A stretch of DNA of 63,869 nucleotides, counting the filler, from Collodictyon triciliatum (taxonomy: Eukaryota): the NCBI GenBank assembly GCA_043381765.1. It is 5 parts of 5 records of this genome, joined end to end, with 100 filler letters (N's around TTAATTAATTAA, not from the genome) between each part and the next. Parts side by side here need not be neighbours in the genome. Positions count along the whole stretch, not along the records: positions 30,099 to 34,514 come from JBHJMP010000651.1; positions 34,615 to 54,024 come from JBHJMP010000652.1; 3 more parts are not named here. One strand, given 5' to 3'. Numbering within the stretch: position 1 is the stretch's first letter; every line of letters begins with the position of its first letter. The notes beneath the pieces are model-generated. The model searched no databases. It was not told the DNA's origin and saw only the letters and a program-made list of their open reading frames with translations. Positions 30,289 to 44,002 of the stretch are shown piece by piece. A program made the position numbers and the translations under genes.

Positions 30289-31688
30289 GAGAGCTGCAGA
30301 CGTCAAACGACTCTGTTGTGCGAAACAATATAATTGTTATATTGAGTGACTTTTGTGTCAAGTAAGCCTTCGTTTCTCATATTCAGTGCATATTAATTCA
30401 TCAATAAAATATCGAGATACAATTTTTTTTTATCGACAGCGGTTACTTTACTTTGCAGATATGCATCCATGGTTGAACCTCACGTCCAACATCTCGCCGG
30501 CTGTTTCAAAGACCCTGCACCCTTTCTTCGTAAACAATCTCTTATTCTTGTAACAAGACTACTTCAAGAAGGTAAATTCCCCCACTAAAAAGTGAGTGCC
30601 AATCAAGTGCGATACGCCCTCTTGGTAAACTACATAACCTTAACAAACTCTGCTGTGTTCAGTTCTTTTAAGACTGATCATTAATTTTAAATAGATTTTT
30701 TGAAATGGAAAGGAGTATTGATTTTCCGATATTTAGTGGCTCTCATAGACGATGACACAACTGTGCGGGAACTGGGTAATATATGTATCTATCTCCAGAC
30801 TGAATAGAATGTAATTGATAAATGCATGAAATATATGTTTCTGTACTTCATTATATTTGAATGGCTTAATAAAATCATTTCTTCACTATAACATAATTGG
30901 TATGCGTTAATTAATCTCATTCATATTTTCGAAAGCCCACACATGTTTGATACATAATTTACTGAAAAAAACTCCGACATTGTTTTTCTCGCACTTTATC
31001 GAAACAAGTAAATCTTTACAACCTTATAAATTGTTTCGTTCGTATTTTTGAAAATTATGTCATTGTAAAGTACTCCTTGCAACCATAAAGAAAAAATGGT
31101 AAATATTTCATTGTTGAGCTCATTCTTATGGTTTATAGTTTTCCATTTGAATGACTATCAAAACCATGCCATGTATAATCAATTTTCACAATCGGAGAGA
31201 GATCGCCTATCTTTCAGTTTGAAGTCACATTCAAAGTTCGTTCCATCGATTATATGTAAATATGCAGAGAAGGGGGGGATGAATTATTGTTTTGCAGAAC
31301 GTATGTAGTAAATGTAATAATAAAAAAAACGAATGTTTCCCTCTAGGAAACGCGAGGAGATATATCGAATCATGCTGGAAAACATGACTGATGAACAAAA
31401 ATTCCATCTACAAGGGAAACTTTGCCAGGTTTGACATACATGAGAGACTTATTCTTCCGTGGCAAGTGACCAAGTTTAAATCGACATTTGCACATGTAGG
31501 ACGTATTGGGTGGCTTGTGTGACGGAGCACTTGTTTTTGATTCTTCTCATGCTATATTACAAGACGCCCTGGCAATATTAAGTTCAAAAGTTTGTGACTC
31601 CCCCTTTTAGCATAATTATACACAACTTTTATTTTCTGTTTTTATTTGATTTTGTGTTTTCTACTTCATGGTCATATTTGATGGCATA

Positions 31689-31774
<86 letters not shown>

Positions 31775-31890
31775 GTAGTAGTAGTAGTAGNNNNNNNNNN
31801 NNNNNNNNNNNNNNNNNNNNNNNNNNNNNNNNNNNNNNNNNNNNNNNNNNNNNNNNNNNNNNNNNNNNNNNNNNNNNNNNNNNNNNNNNN

Positions 31891-31961
<71 letters not shown>

Positions 31962-34207
31962 CTTTTTTTTTCTTTTTTTTTCTTTTTTTTTCTTTTTTAT
32001 GATTCCTTTGGATTTGTGCAAGATGGAGGGACATGTATCAGAAGTCGGTTTTTAATATTTTTGTATTAGGAAATAAAACTAAGTTGCTTTAAGAAGCAAG
32101 TGGATGACACAGAAGAAGAGCCCGTGAACGCTGCGCTTACTGCTGCTAGAAATCATATTCTCTCTCAGGTTCTTTGTAATTTTGTTTATTTAATTTTAGA
32201 GGGAAAACTAGCTGCTTTTTGTAAAATGGCTGTGCTGGCATGTTCTGACATTTCAATTTAATAAAACAGATAAGCAAGAAGAACCTGATGGAAAATATTA
32301 TCCCTGTTGTGATAGAGGTTATAATTTATTTAACACAATTTGCTAGGAATGTCATACCCCAAAGCTGATTTACTAAGAGATATGTCCAAGTATATAATTT
32401 TAGTTAGTGGAGCAATCTCACTGGTATAGACAAAAAAAAAAAAAATACGCGCTTAGTAGCTTCTAACTTCAATTTGGACAATTAAATTATGTAGCTGAAG
32501 CACTATCTTGAAAAGAAGCATTCCCCAATTTTAAAGAATTTGATGATGTATCTCAAGGATTTGATGAAAGAATATCGAGATGAAGTGACAGGTTAATATG
32601 CATAAACCCAGACAAACTTTGAAAATAAAATAGAAAACAGTCACCGAAAAAAAAAATACCTTGTATGATATGGTACACAGAAGCGTTGTATATGTCGGCA
32701 TCCTTTCTATACCCTTCATCGAAAGATATTGTATTGGTGCTAAAAACTTTTATATTTTAAACTACATCAGATATTTTGGCTGCTGATAGGCAACTTGCAG
32801 CCGAAGTAGAGTATGATTTGCGAATGTTGGAACAATCGGCCCAACAGCCAACAACCCCTTTAACCCCGAAATCAGCTGCGGTCCACGAACAGGAACCCGC
32901 TCAACCACCCAAAGTCCCAACTCCGCGCCTGTTGGCAACTCCTACAAAGACCACTGGAAACCATGTAACCTTTTGCGGAACACACCAGATGAACATTCTT
33001 TCTTCTTCTTTTTTTTTTATCCAGATGGGGCAATATATCACTTTTTAATAAGAACATCTCTTATTATTTTTTTCCGGTTTCTCCTATTTTTTATTTTATT
33101 TTGATAAATCATAGATGAGAGGAAAAGAAAGTATGTGTCTTTTTATGAGAAAGGAGGGAATATACACACCGTTCCGTCGTCTAACTTTTATATACCGCTG
33201 TAATAGATATTCTCTCCATCACGGTCGCCCTTGGGAAGTCTCCCCAGATTGCGACGGAGCTCGGTGGAAGGCATTGAAAACACCCGTGTAGTAGAGCCCA
33301 GCTCGGTTTCAAGGACAGCCGGTGCAGCAAAAACACCCAAAGGGTATGCGATTCTCTACAGTCGAAAACATTTTTCTCCTATTTATATTCTTTTGTTTGT
33401 ATGGCCGATTATATTACTATTTTATAAAAGTGAAATATATCTCAAATTATAAACAGCTAAAAAAAAAATTGGTTTATTTAGAACTCGCTCGGGTATTGTG
33501 TCTCGATGGAGAAAGAGCAGTCCGTGGGTGTCAAAGGACGGGGAGGCACATTCGCCTGTCGCAGTGTCGAAATCCTCAAACACTTCATCGGTCATCAAAA
33601 TGCAGCTAACCGAACAGCAAGAACAAGACACTGGTTGGTTATTTCTTACCATTTGTATTTCCGTGCACGAAAGGATGAATCTTGTACCTGCTGTTTTCGC
33701 CTATTTTCATTTGCTTCTCGCATTTTACTTCTTGTTTTATTTTCCATTGAGGTGTCTTTTCCTTCTTTTTTTTCTTTATTTCTTTATCTCTTTATTTCTT
33801 TATTTCTTTATTTCTTTATTTCTTTATTTCTTTATTTTATGTATGTATTGCATATAAGAAAGTAACTTTACGGAATGGCTACAGATGACGTTGTAGTCAT
33901 AGACGAGGAACAGAATGAGTCAGGGTCATCAAAAGTGCTTCATAAGGTATGAACCACAAACCATCGCCCATTCAATTTGATGCAGAATTGTAAACGCTGT
34001 CCCGCCGTCTATGTCCTCAATTATTTGTGCATTTATATGTGCATTTATATGTGCATTTATTTATCTTATCTAAAAAGAAATAATGGAGAATCATGCTTCA
34101 TCCATATATCCAAGTCCTTTGTTTCTTCATTTCATCCGTCCCACTCCTAAACCACTTTCGGATTCCTGTAGATACTGAACTTCGATGCAGAAGTAGAAAC
34201 ATCATAA
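30289..34207 (+). CDS. NCAPD3: Condensin II complex subunit D3, C-terminal part (5' portion missing beyond the spacer)
   Basis: Spliced exons read ...VVRNNIIVILSDFCVKYASMVEPHV...LLQEDFLKWKG...YNQFSQSERDR...MTDEQKF...KKNLMENIIPVVIELKHYLEKKHSPILKNLMMYL...DILAADRQLAAEVEYDLR, diagnostic of CAP-D3. The last exon (34172-34207) is tentative; the alternative stop is near 33951. Confidence 0.92.
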
Positions 34208-34418
34208 CGGGGAGAAGAAGCAGAGGGAAGAAAGAAAGAAGAAAAAGAAAAACTCTAATTAAATTCTACTCCCATAACAACTTGTGGCGACAACCCCCCA
34301 CACCGATCAAAACAATTTCGATTCTTTTATTTCGCCCTTTCGGAGGCATTATTCTTCACGCACATACGCTGCAAACCTGGGGCAGCGATGGCCTGTGCAT
34401 TGAGAGGCAACCCTTTCC

Positions 34419-34514
34419 GTATCTGTATCTGTATCTGTATCTGTATCTGTATCTGTATCTGTATCTGTATCTGTATCTGTATCTGTATCTGTATCTGTAT
34501 CTGTATCTGTATCT
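34419..34514. repeat. (GTATCT)n microsatellite at a scaffold end
   Basis: Direct reading. Confidence 0.95.
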
Positions 34515-34744
34515 NNNNNNNNNNNNNNNNNNNNNNNNNNNNNNNNNNNNNNNNNNNNTTAATTAATTAANNNNNNNNNNNNNNNNNNNNNNNNNNNNNN
34601 NNNNNNNNNNNNNNGGAAGAGGAAGAGGAAGAGAAAGAGAAAGAGAAAGAGAAAGAGAAAGAGAAAGAGAAAGAGAAAGAGAAAGAGAAAGAGAAAGAGA
34701 AAGAGAAAGAGAAAGAGAAAAAAAGAGAAAGAACAACAAAGAAG

Positions 34745-37700
34745 GAAAAGCACCTCCAGTTTGTACATCTGGTGATGGTATATTATTGTACAGTGCCCAG
34801 GCACGAAATTCGGACATAGGAATTTTGAATGCTTCTTGACGTAAATACGAAAGAATTTTTTGAACCTTTGTGGGGTCGAAGAATGTAGTGAGCCTTAAAT
34901 ACCGACAAGTCACCTTCAAGGGAACAAGAATTATAAAATTAAAAAATACTTGTGGTATAATAATCGCTTACATCAGCAGATAAGTGAGATGCATATGGTA
35001 TGGTTTTGAGTATCCCATAGAAGATGAAATTGTTCAATTTAGCATCTTCTGCAGATATTCTACATAAAGAAAAATGTAAAATAAAACATGCCAGCTAGCT
35101 TCAAATATTTTATCATCAAAACCTTTTAATATCATGACAGTTATTATCACGTTTGTTGTTTTACTTTTGAAAAAATGGTCTGAGGGAATAGGAATTTACT
35201 TGTTGACCAAACTCATGAGGTATTCTTCATGTTGAGTGAGTTGCCTCCCACTATCAGATATTAAAGCTAAAAGGGTGATATACCATTGGCTTTTATGCTG
35301 GTCTTTCATGGTCTCTTGAATTTGCTCTCTCAATGCCTAGTTAGAACAATAAATATAACGATGTTATATTGAGATTAATTTTGTCAATTTATTACTATGT
35401 GTAGCGAACAACTTTTAATTAAGCCTAGAATACGGGCCTTTCATTTTTCTTTATGACTTTGATGAATAGATCGACTGCTTGATATTTGCCTAATAATCTC
35501 AGTCTGTAATTAAATGTAAGCTATGTACCCTCAGACGGATGGCCTTGAAATCAAAAGCTGCCTCCTTCTACAAAGAAATATATTAGTACCCATACTTGCC
35601 ACAAAAATTATAAGGTCAAATATTTCTTACTTTTTGATATCCCGATGATTTCCTTTCAGGGCTCTTTGTATCTGCAATATCCCTAGGTATAAAAAATTTA
35701 ATGGATTTAAAGCCAAGTGAAACATTTGATAAACTTGGCAATAAAATTCTTGATTTTTATTTCATGAAATTTTTTTTAAAAAAAAAAATCCTCCACTTTT
35801 TATAATCAGGGGCTGTCTCTTTGAAAAATACTCTCTTTTCTTGTGAAGAGAACACCTGGAAAACAAAATAATCATTATCATAATAGTACTATTTCACTTC
35901 TGCATTATATAATTGGTAAGATATACATAGTTTACATATTCATAATTCTGGTGGTATAGTTGAAGAGGGAAGGGAAAGAGAATACTTCAAAGGTTGCAGT
36001 CTGCCTCGTATCTTTTGAAGCTTTTGTTTGTTCCAAAAAGGTTCTTGCTGACATAGGACTTTTCGGTGGAGGTCGAGGAGTTGAGCTTGTTTGTGTATCG
36101 CTTGAAGTTCTAGCGCTTTGGACGGAAAGCATTTCTAACTCGTCTAACTTAAGAGGTCCGATAGATCTTTTCACCGAAGGGCTACATAAAATAGGGTTCA
36201 TATATGTGTGGTGCTTGAAAATCAGATACGGTGTATATTACACTTTAATTCATTTTTCTTTGAATTGCTATGGATAAAACTATTTTCAATGATTAATTGA
36301 GCGTATCCCCCTCTGTCGTTTGGAAAATGTGATGGGAAAAAATACGGTGCCGATGTTGTCCCTCTATCCGAAGGTGTGAAATCTCGTCTTTGGGGCACAG
36401 TCAGGCCCTAAGTCCCGAGGAATTTTTTGTTTAAAAAATAAAATTAATAGGTTACCTTTCAGGCTGGGGAAAGGGGAAAGGAAATATTTGAGAAAGCAAA
36501 ATGCTTATAATTAAATATTAACTTTTGTCCTTCGCCCATCAGTCGTATTCTCTGAGGAGCTATCGTTATGATTCAACTCAGAGGAAATTCTAATACTCTG
36601 ACTTCCATAATCCCCGATGTGAACCAGAGGAAGTTCCAATCCTTCATTTCTCTTCACTGGCAGGCTGTCTTGAGGATTTCATAAATAAATAGATAAAAAG
36701 TGAACAGTAAACATATGAAATGTAATTTTGATACAGAGGATGCAGGTAGAAAATGTTCATAAAATTGTGGTGTATCGCGCGGCTTAAGACAATAAGATAA
36801 CACTTTGATAGCTTGGAAACAGGGCAGCTTTGTCTCCATGTCGTCTTACGCCCAAAGAAAAAATAAAAATAATTACTTCTTCCTATTTCCTTCATCTTTT
36901 GCATGAAGGATTCTTGAGAAAGTAAATCATAAAGGGGAGCCTATTATAAAAGAAAATCATTTAAAGTTTATAAATGAATTCTTTCGAATAAGGCAGTTGG
37001 TTATTGTTCCTCAATTAGAATCTTATATAGTGTTTATTTCTGGATATTGGGCAACTGGTGAAAGAAAAATAGTATTTTTTTAATCAGGTGAGCCAAGTAA
37101 TTCAATTTTTTTTTATCTTTAATTACTGCTGCAAGAGGTGTTTTGAGTCTCTCTTCTGCCTCTTGCAGTTTAATCTTGAGGGATAAACTTTTCGATATAT
37201 TATGCTTTTCTAGATCTAGCACCATTTGAAAAGGTAGCATGAAAATAACATCCCGTGATGATACATGAATATAGGACACCATTGAAATGAAGAATGAAAA
37301 GAAATGAAAAATCAAGGCAGCGTCATATAGAAAAGGAATGATTTGTGATATTCTAACCTTTTATGCTTGGAAGCTGGGTGACCTCGACAGTCTCCTTTAC
37401 GGAGGCTGGGAGACTATAGAAATGTCATTAGATCTCCAAAATATCATAATAATATAATGAGCATACACTATACAAAATATATTATATGTTATTGCATGTA
37501 ATAGCACGAACGAGGGTAGTTCCCATTCAAATTCCCTCTTTTTATGCTCTAGCGTCCTTAAATCGAGGATTGGTTCCCCTACATGTATTATCGTCTCTGA
37601 GCTATTCGATATTGATATGTATATTCTCTTTTCCATAGAGTGCTTTAAATGTTTAAAATGAAATAAAAAAAGTGTCGCTTGTCTCTTGATTTATGACCAT

Positions 37701-38505
37701 TTAAAAGAAGGTGTATAGTGTAAACAGAGCTGGCAGTGCATTTGTAAATACATGTGTGTATTTATACCTAAGCATTTATATGGTATATTCTTTTTCGAAC
37801 TCCACCCACAATCCCTGACCTCCTAAGTAGGATGACATGACAGCACTTTGTGTGAAAAAGGTATTGCAAAATGAAGAGTATACGCATAATAGATTACGTA
37901 AAAAGTTTAAAATTGAAAAGAAAAATACACGATGACACAGTAAAAACACATATCAAGCTAACATAATTCGAAAAAAGATAAGTTTATCGAGATTTTGGAC
38001 GTAAGTCCGGGTATTATTATATTATATTCTTTTGTTTCTTTTCAATTCGAAGGAAGGGGGTTTTATGTTCAAATACAAGGATAGGTAATAGAAAATATAG
38101 TGGGATAATTACATGATACTTTGTGTCATTCTCTACAAATGTGTGTGCGGCTCTGTAGGCATAGTCCGATCGGCAAAGTACGTCCTCAGGTTCATAAGCA
38201 GTTGACTGGTTTAGAAGGCTCTCATACAGCGCTTGTTTGTTCAGCTTCACAGACCAGTGATAAATAAAATAATATGTAGAATATTAATATATAGGCACCC
38301 AAAATAAACCAGGAAAGATGGGAAGAAAATGGGATAGCTCAGAAAGAAAAGAACAATTAAATAAAATAAGCCAATCTTAAGGCTAGTTTAGCGTTAAATA
38401 AACACATTGAAAGGGTCTCAATTGAACAGAAGATCTTAAAGCTTTTCGAACCTGTTTTCGCGTCCTACTTGATGGCGGAGTGGATTGTGGAGTGGGCGTT
38501 GTCAT
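34745..38505 (-). CDS. Unidentified multi-exon protein; 3' end lost at the spacer
   Basis: Probable start MTTPTPQSTPPSSRTRKQ|LNKQALYESLL..., followed by many short GT-AG-bounded exons (e.g. 37515-37640, 35990-36180, 34753-34915). No recognisable family. Confidence 0.55.
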
Positions 38506-38579
38506 TCAAGCAGGTAACTAGAAGCGAGAAGGAAAGGTAGAAAGAAGGAAAGGTAGAAAAAAAGAAAGAAAGGTAGAAA

Positions 38580-38581
38580 AA

Positions 38582-38673
<92 letters not shown>
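38580..38673. repeat. (AAAG)n microsatellite
   Basis: Direct reading. Confidence 0.95.
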
Positions 38674-39382
38674 AATATGCTTTGTTAGGCCGGAGTTATA
38701 GTGTTTGGGAATATTATCGCTTGAGCTCCGGCTTTTCAATGGACGAAGGCTAGAGAAAACATGTTGCAACCAAAACTGCTTCAGATTCAAACATAATTTG
38801 ATCGGCGTAAATGGTATGAATTCGCGATGCTCGCCTACAGAGAGAGGAGGCACCAGAAGCTTTGAGAATATTTTTTTTCGATGTATCCCGCGTAAGAGAA
38901 GTATGACCGCACAATAAAACCTATTCGCATGACTGTGATTTGAGCCCGCCTAAATTGAGGAATTCATGAATCGAATATGAGTGAGGGCAAACCCCCTGAC
39001 AAGTATTGATTCCATTGATTAGAGATGCAGAGATGTAATATTCGCTATGTTGCCACCATTATGCCACGAATTAAACCATACAAAACTGCTTCATTCAAGC
39101 ACCTGCATCAAAACCTTAATTAATAAGATTAATTAAAATTTATGTGCGCTCTGAAATCTGTGCTTTGGTGTAAAAAAAATCTAGCAGAGAAAGGAAAGAA
39201 AAAGAGATGAGAGGAAAAGAAAAGAGTCCGAGAAGAGTGATATCGATAGTACTAGAAGAAAAGCAAAGTAATTATTCGAAAAAATCATAAAACTTTGGTA
39301 TAATAAAAAGTTTAGAGCATCGTTTGTGAATTGGCCTTGAACCAGTCAGAGAGGGATTCAAAAATAGGAGTTAGTCACAGGT

Positions 39383-39410
39383 TTTTTTTTTTCCTTTATT
39401 CGATTTGAAG
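39383..39410 (-). mobile_element. Ultra-short retroposon-like insertion, copy E (diverged)
   Basis: TTAGTCACAGGT (39371-39382) - T10 CCTTTATTCGATTTGAAG - TTCGTCACAAGT (39411-39422). 12-bp repeat with two mismatches; core has two mismatches. Confidence 0.7.
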
Positions 39411-39460
39411 TTCGTCACAAGTAGCAAAAGATTAAATAAAAAAATAGCAAGAAGCATGAG

Positions 39461-39937
39461 TCATGAATTCATTAGGATGCGTAGAATCTGTTCTATGCTG
39501 CTGTCTGGGACGGAGATGCGCCACCTCAGCCCGCGCAGAAGCACAATCTCGAGGGCGGCCATGCGACCCGGCGGAATACGCAGCAGCAGCGCATATGTTG
39601 CTGTGTTGAAGGGATTATCATCGTACATCTTTGCGGCGATGCAGCAGGCGGCGGCAAAGAGCAGCGTTGCGTTCTCGGGATTCACAATTCCTGTACTGGT
39701 TTGTCCAAAGCGATGGAGTAGCATAAGTGCGTGGGCAAGCACGCATGTCTCCGTCAGAATCTCGTGTTGGAAACTCCCGGTTAGAAACTGGGACGCTCCC
39801 ACAGGCACAGTCCCACAGATGACACTTAGGAAGGCGCAACAACGCTCTGTGAGTAAGTCTCTGTTGGCCAGGGCTGTATCTGGGGCAATAGTCGATATAC
39901 TGGTTGGTGGAATTGATTCTCCTGGCGCTGTGTCCAT
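39461..39937 (-). CDS. P/U-type (PHO80/Pcl-like) cyclin, intronless
   Basis: Cyclin N-box pattern 'LLFAAACCIAAKMYDDNPFNTATYALLLRIPPGRMAALEIVLLRGLRWRISV' (AxKxxDD...LE...L.W.I.V). Confidence 0.85.
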   Translation of the reverse strand: MDTAPGESIPPTSISTIAPDTALANRDLLTERCCAFLSVICGTVPVGASQFLTGSFQHEILTETCVLAHALMLLHRFGQTSTGIVNPENATLLFAAACCIAAKMYDDNPFNTATYALLLRIPPGRMAALEIVLLRGLRWRISVPDSSIEQILRILMNS

Positions 39938-40171
39938 CCTGCTATTGTGGTTGCGATGAACGTTGATTGCTTTCTGCTTTGGTGATGTATGAGGTAGTTT
40001 TGTTTCTGAGATGAATTATGTGCTTTATGATCTGTTTGGGTGATTTGATCATATTCACGCTCGAGTTTTTTTGAAGGAATATTTTTTTCTGGTGACAAGC
40101 CCGAAGACAAATCAGGGGCGATGGCATCAATTGAAAGGAAATGAGCTTCAGTATTCCTCTTTTTTCTTTTC

Positions 40172-40195
40172 TTTTTTCCTTTATTCGATTCAAGG
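40172..40195 (-). mobile_element. Ultra-short retroposon-like element, copy F (no clear TSD)
   Basis: T-run followed by CCTTTATTCGATTCAAGG (17/18 match to consensus). Flanks are low-complexity and a TSD is not convincingly identifiable. Confidence 0.55.
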
Positions 40196-41824
40196 GAAGG
40201 AAGGGTTTTTCTTTTTTTCTTTGATTCGTTCCCTTATAATCACTTGGTTGTTTCTATTGATAACCCTTTTTTTCTTCCTTGTTTGCCACTTTGTTACTAT
40301 TTATTACATTTTCATTCCTTGATTGATTTCGATTATCATTTCTTTTTCTCTTGTTGTTGGTCGTGTTTTGTTTTGTTTTGTTTTGTTTACTGCAATCCTT
40401 TTCGATTGTTAAAATATCAGCCGTGGATGCAAGGGTTATTGGACGGTGTAGGAGATTGAAAAATAAAGAAGAGGTTCGTTGTCATCACTCGCTTGATAAT
40501 ACGCGGCTGGGGTGATTTTTTTTGTCGATTGGGACTGGAGGCACAAAGCCAGCTTTGCAACAGGAGGCAAGAGGCTCACATCCTTATCGCGGATGCGACG
40601 GGGTTGTTCTCTTAAGAAACGAGTACTTTGAAGGGGTTTGTAAAGGTGAAGCTTGTCGCGGTGTCCAACTGTGCATTATATAAGCCACTCGCGCAAGGAG
40701 CTTCGGGGTCTCGGCATCTTTGCTTGTGCGGAAATCCACTGTTTTAGAATACCTAATCCGGTTATTCATCAATATATAGAAATATTCCAACATAAGAAAT
40801 CCCGATTTATCTGCTGGTCGATATGCACTTTGTGCACTACAGACCATATGCAGATATATTGACGTGGATTATCGTCATTCTGCTTCTTTTCGTCGACATT
40901 TTATATCCCATAATTGAGGCAGTTTTTTAAATCTCACTTTTGTGGAAAAGGGCTTAAAATCAAACAAAGCAAGGTGGTTGTGCTCCTTTCTTCATTATAA
41001 ATTGTTTAGTATATATATTATTAAAAAATAGTATAATATCTAATTTTGTATGACTATTATCAATTTAAAATATCTAATAATATAAATTACACAAATAGCA
41101 GCCAATCTAGATCACCACTTCCATCTGGGCGCACAAAGAATCACGCCACACGGCCTGCCTTTTCGTTTTGTGACGTCACCCGCGTGTCAGCAGCCTGCGA
41201 TCGGAGAGCAACCCACCGCCTGATTCGGTGCTCAGAAGCCTCGCCCTGCTTAGCAAAACCGACGCAAAACAAAACAAAAAACCGAAGGCCCCAAAAGACT
41301 TCTGAAAGGCCGATATAGCGAATAAGCGAACATAGTGAGCATCCCTACCGTCTGATTCGCAGCTGGCTGTATATCAGTCTGCGATTTCATTTCATATATG
41401 GATACATACATATATACATGTAAATATCCGCAACATGTTCAAGAGACTGCTACACGCACACCTTTCGGGCATTATTGCAGCTTGCAGACACCAACAGTCA
41501 CGAGGCGATCTTGATTGGCGCTGATTCAGCACAACTCTCCCTCCTATTTTGACTCTGCTTACCCACTCAATGCCTCACGATCATAGGATCACTCGACAGC
41601 CGCGTGGTTTATCCGGCCAGAGACAGCTTATTCCGAAGCCAGAAAAAGGACACCGCATCCTTTGGGCAAAAACATAACCATACAAACCTTAGAGATACAC
41701 ATTCTTTCTTTCTTTCTTTCTTTCTTCCTTCCTTCTCTTCAATTGATACTTTGCTCGGGCATAATTTAAAATTATCCGGAAGCGCCAACTCTCTGGTCGG
41801 TCGGACGAATCTGCCCACCCAAAG

Positions 41825-44002
41825 ATGCAAAGGACTGGGTCTCTCTCAATAAGCACTGAGCCGACGAAAAAGCGCACAGTTCTCATCGCTACTCCAGAGT
41901 ATGCCGGAGTATATTTATGCGGTGGCCTCGGAGTTCATTTGAGGCTGTTGTGCATGCATCTCGCCCACACCGGCTTATGGGACGTCCACGTTGCTTTGCC
42001 TCTCTACGAGCACGAAAAACGTGTTTATTACATATTATATTACTTATATGATTGTCAGCATTCTAATAATAATGATAATGATGATAAATATGTAATGATA
42101 AATAAATAAATCATAACCATCATTATTTCATTTTAATGTCCTTCAGGCTCAAGTCCCGCACCAGCTCAACACACCAACGAGCTGCCGGGTGTTGAAAACC
42201 ATGATGGAGTCTGGATACACTTTATTCGAAGGCCGCTAATATTCAAGAACCTGTACCCATCCTTCTCTACAGATTATGCGCAGCATATGACCACATGGTG
42301 CTTCACATATGCCGATGCCGTTCTGGCACTGGCCTCTGTTCTGAAGCCTAGTCTCGTGGTCACAAACGATGCGTGGACAGCCCATGTCCCGGCTCTGATA
42401 CGAGCCAGCCTCCCAAACACGCCTTCACTCCACATCATCCACAACGCAAATCTTGGATACGACGGGCGTTTCCAGTGGGAGTATCGATACCACAATCAAA
42501 GCCATCACCACTTTGGGCAGAATGCCGGTAAATCTGCACTTGATTCTCCTCATTGGATATCTGCTCTCGATACTACGCACCACCGCCATTTGGTTGCTTC
42601 TGCTCTTAGAACTTCCACAGCCTGGGCTACAGTGAGCCCTTCCTACTTGGCAGCACTACAATCCTTCGACCATCTCCAACCTATTCTCTCGTCTGTTCCG
42701 GCTGGTGTCGCCATTCTGCCTGGTGTTGCTGTTCAACGCCTTCGCTCGTTATATCCAGAGCCTCACAAAATCGTCAGAGATAAAATGCTTCGCAAGTATC
42801 TTCCTCGCGCCTTTTCAGACTCCTTGGCGCAGAGGCGTAGGGCTCAGTCAAACCAGTCTCCACGACTTTTGCACCAACACAACCCTCGATTCTCCAATAC
42901 CACAAGTCATCGCTCTTTGTCGGACTCTACATCAACCTCAGATTCAGAATTCGATTCTCAGACTGATTCTACTCTTGGTGAACAGCGTTTCTACGAGAGC
43001 GATAGCCCGCCATTCACCCACGGAATCAGTCCCGGGTCAACCCATTTGCTAAGTACTCGTTTCGGTCACAGCCCTCAACGTAGAAGATACTCGCAGGAAA
43101 TAAAACCGAGCGCGAACACAAGGGACTCGTCGATTCCAGCAAGTTCTCGTAGGCTCTCCTCTGAATACGGAGATGACGTCTTTGATGGGTTCAGCGAAAT
43201 AGAGGATATCCACCCCGATGAATTTAACCAAGAAGACATCGAAGCAGAGATTGCAGAGCAAGAAAAATCCTGTCTGGTTTCTCAAGACTTTGATGAAAAG
43301 ATATCATCTACCCAGAGCAACACCAGAGGTGAACAACTCCCCAGTTCATCATCCGTAAGCAATCCACAAGTACCCACATCCGAGCACAAGCGTCATGAGC
43401 GCGACTTTATGACTGTTGTATATGTTGGTCGATTGACAGAAGACAAAGGAGTCGGGTTGCTTCTTGCAGCATTTCCCGATTGGATAAAATCCTTCAAAGG
43501 CCGTGTGGGGTTGATTGTGTGTGGAAACCGGGCGAGTGGCGATATCCTTGCAAGTGCTCGAACCTGCTTGGAGGCTGGTCCAAATCGTTTCGCCATCATT
43601 CACGCAGATGGCTTCTTTGGGGACGGTGCTCTTTTGCAGGCAGGAGCGGACTTTGGAATCCTTCCATCCTTTCTGGAACCCGGGGGAATCACACAACATG
43701 AGTTTTTTGCTTTTGGAACTCCGGTTATTGCCCATGCTGCCGGAGGTTTGAAAGATACCGTCCAACCGGCACGCAATGGGATTCTATATGCAACACCTCC
43801 TGAACCAGTCCCGTATAATTCCGAGGAACATACCCGACGATGGGTCTCAAGAATCACCGCAGCCACAGCAGTAGCTTTGCGTATGTGGGAAGACCCTGAA
43901 CGCTATCATCGGTTGCGGTATTCAACAGCAAAGACTCCTCGCCACGCAAACCACGCATTCTCCGAATGGGAAAGGTTGATTGCTTCTCTAGTCTCTTCTT
44001 AG
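41825..44002 (+). CDS. GT5 glycogen/starch synthase-like glycosyltransferase, 2 exons (intron 42021-42146)
   Basis: N-domain: VLIATPEY...GGLG, NDAWTA, IIHNANLGYDG, TVSPSY. C-domain: YVGRLTEDKG, ADFGILPSFLEPGGITQHEFFAFGTPVIAHAAGGLKDTV. Splice phase is consistent. The start codon is uncertain. Confidence 0.88.

Noticed and set aside
38031-38065. Possible seventh degenerate copy (ttcttttcaattcgaaggaaggg)
   Set aside because: Only about 12/18 identity in AT-rich sequence and no TSD.
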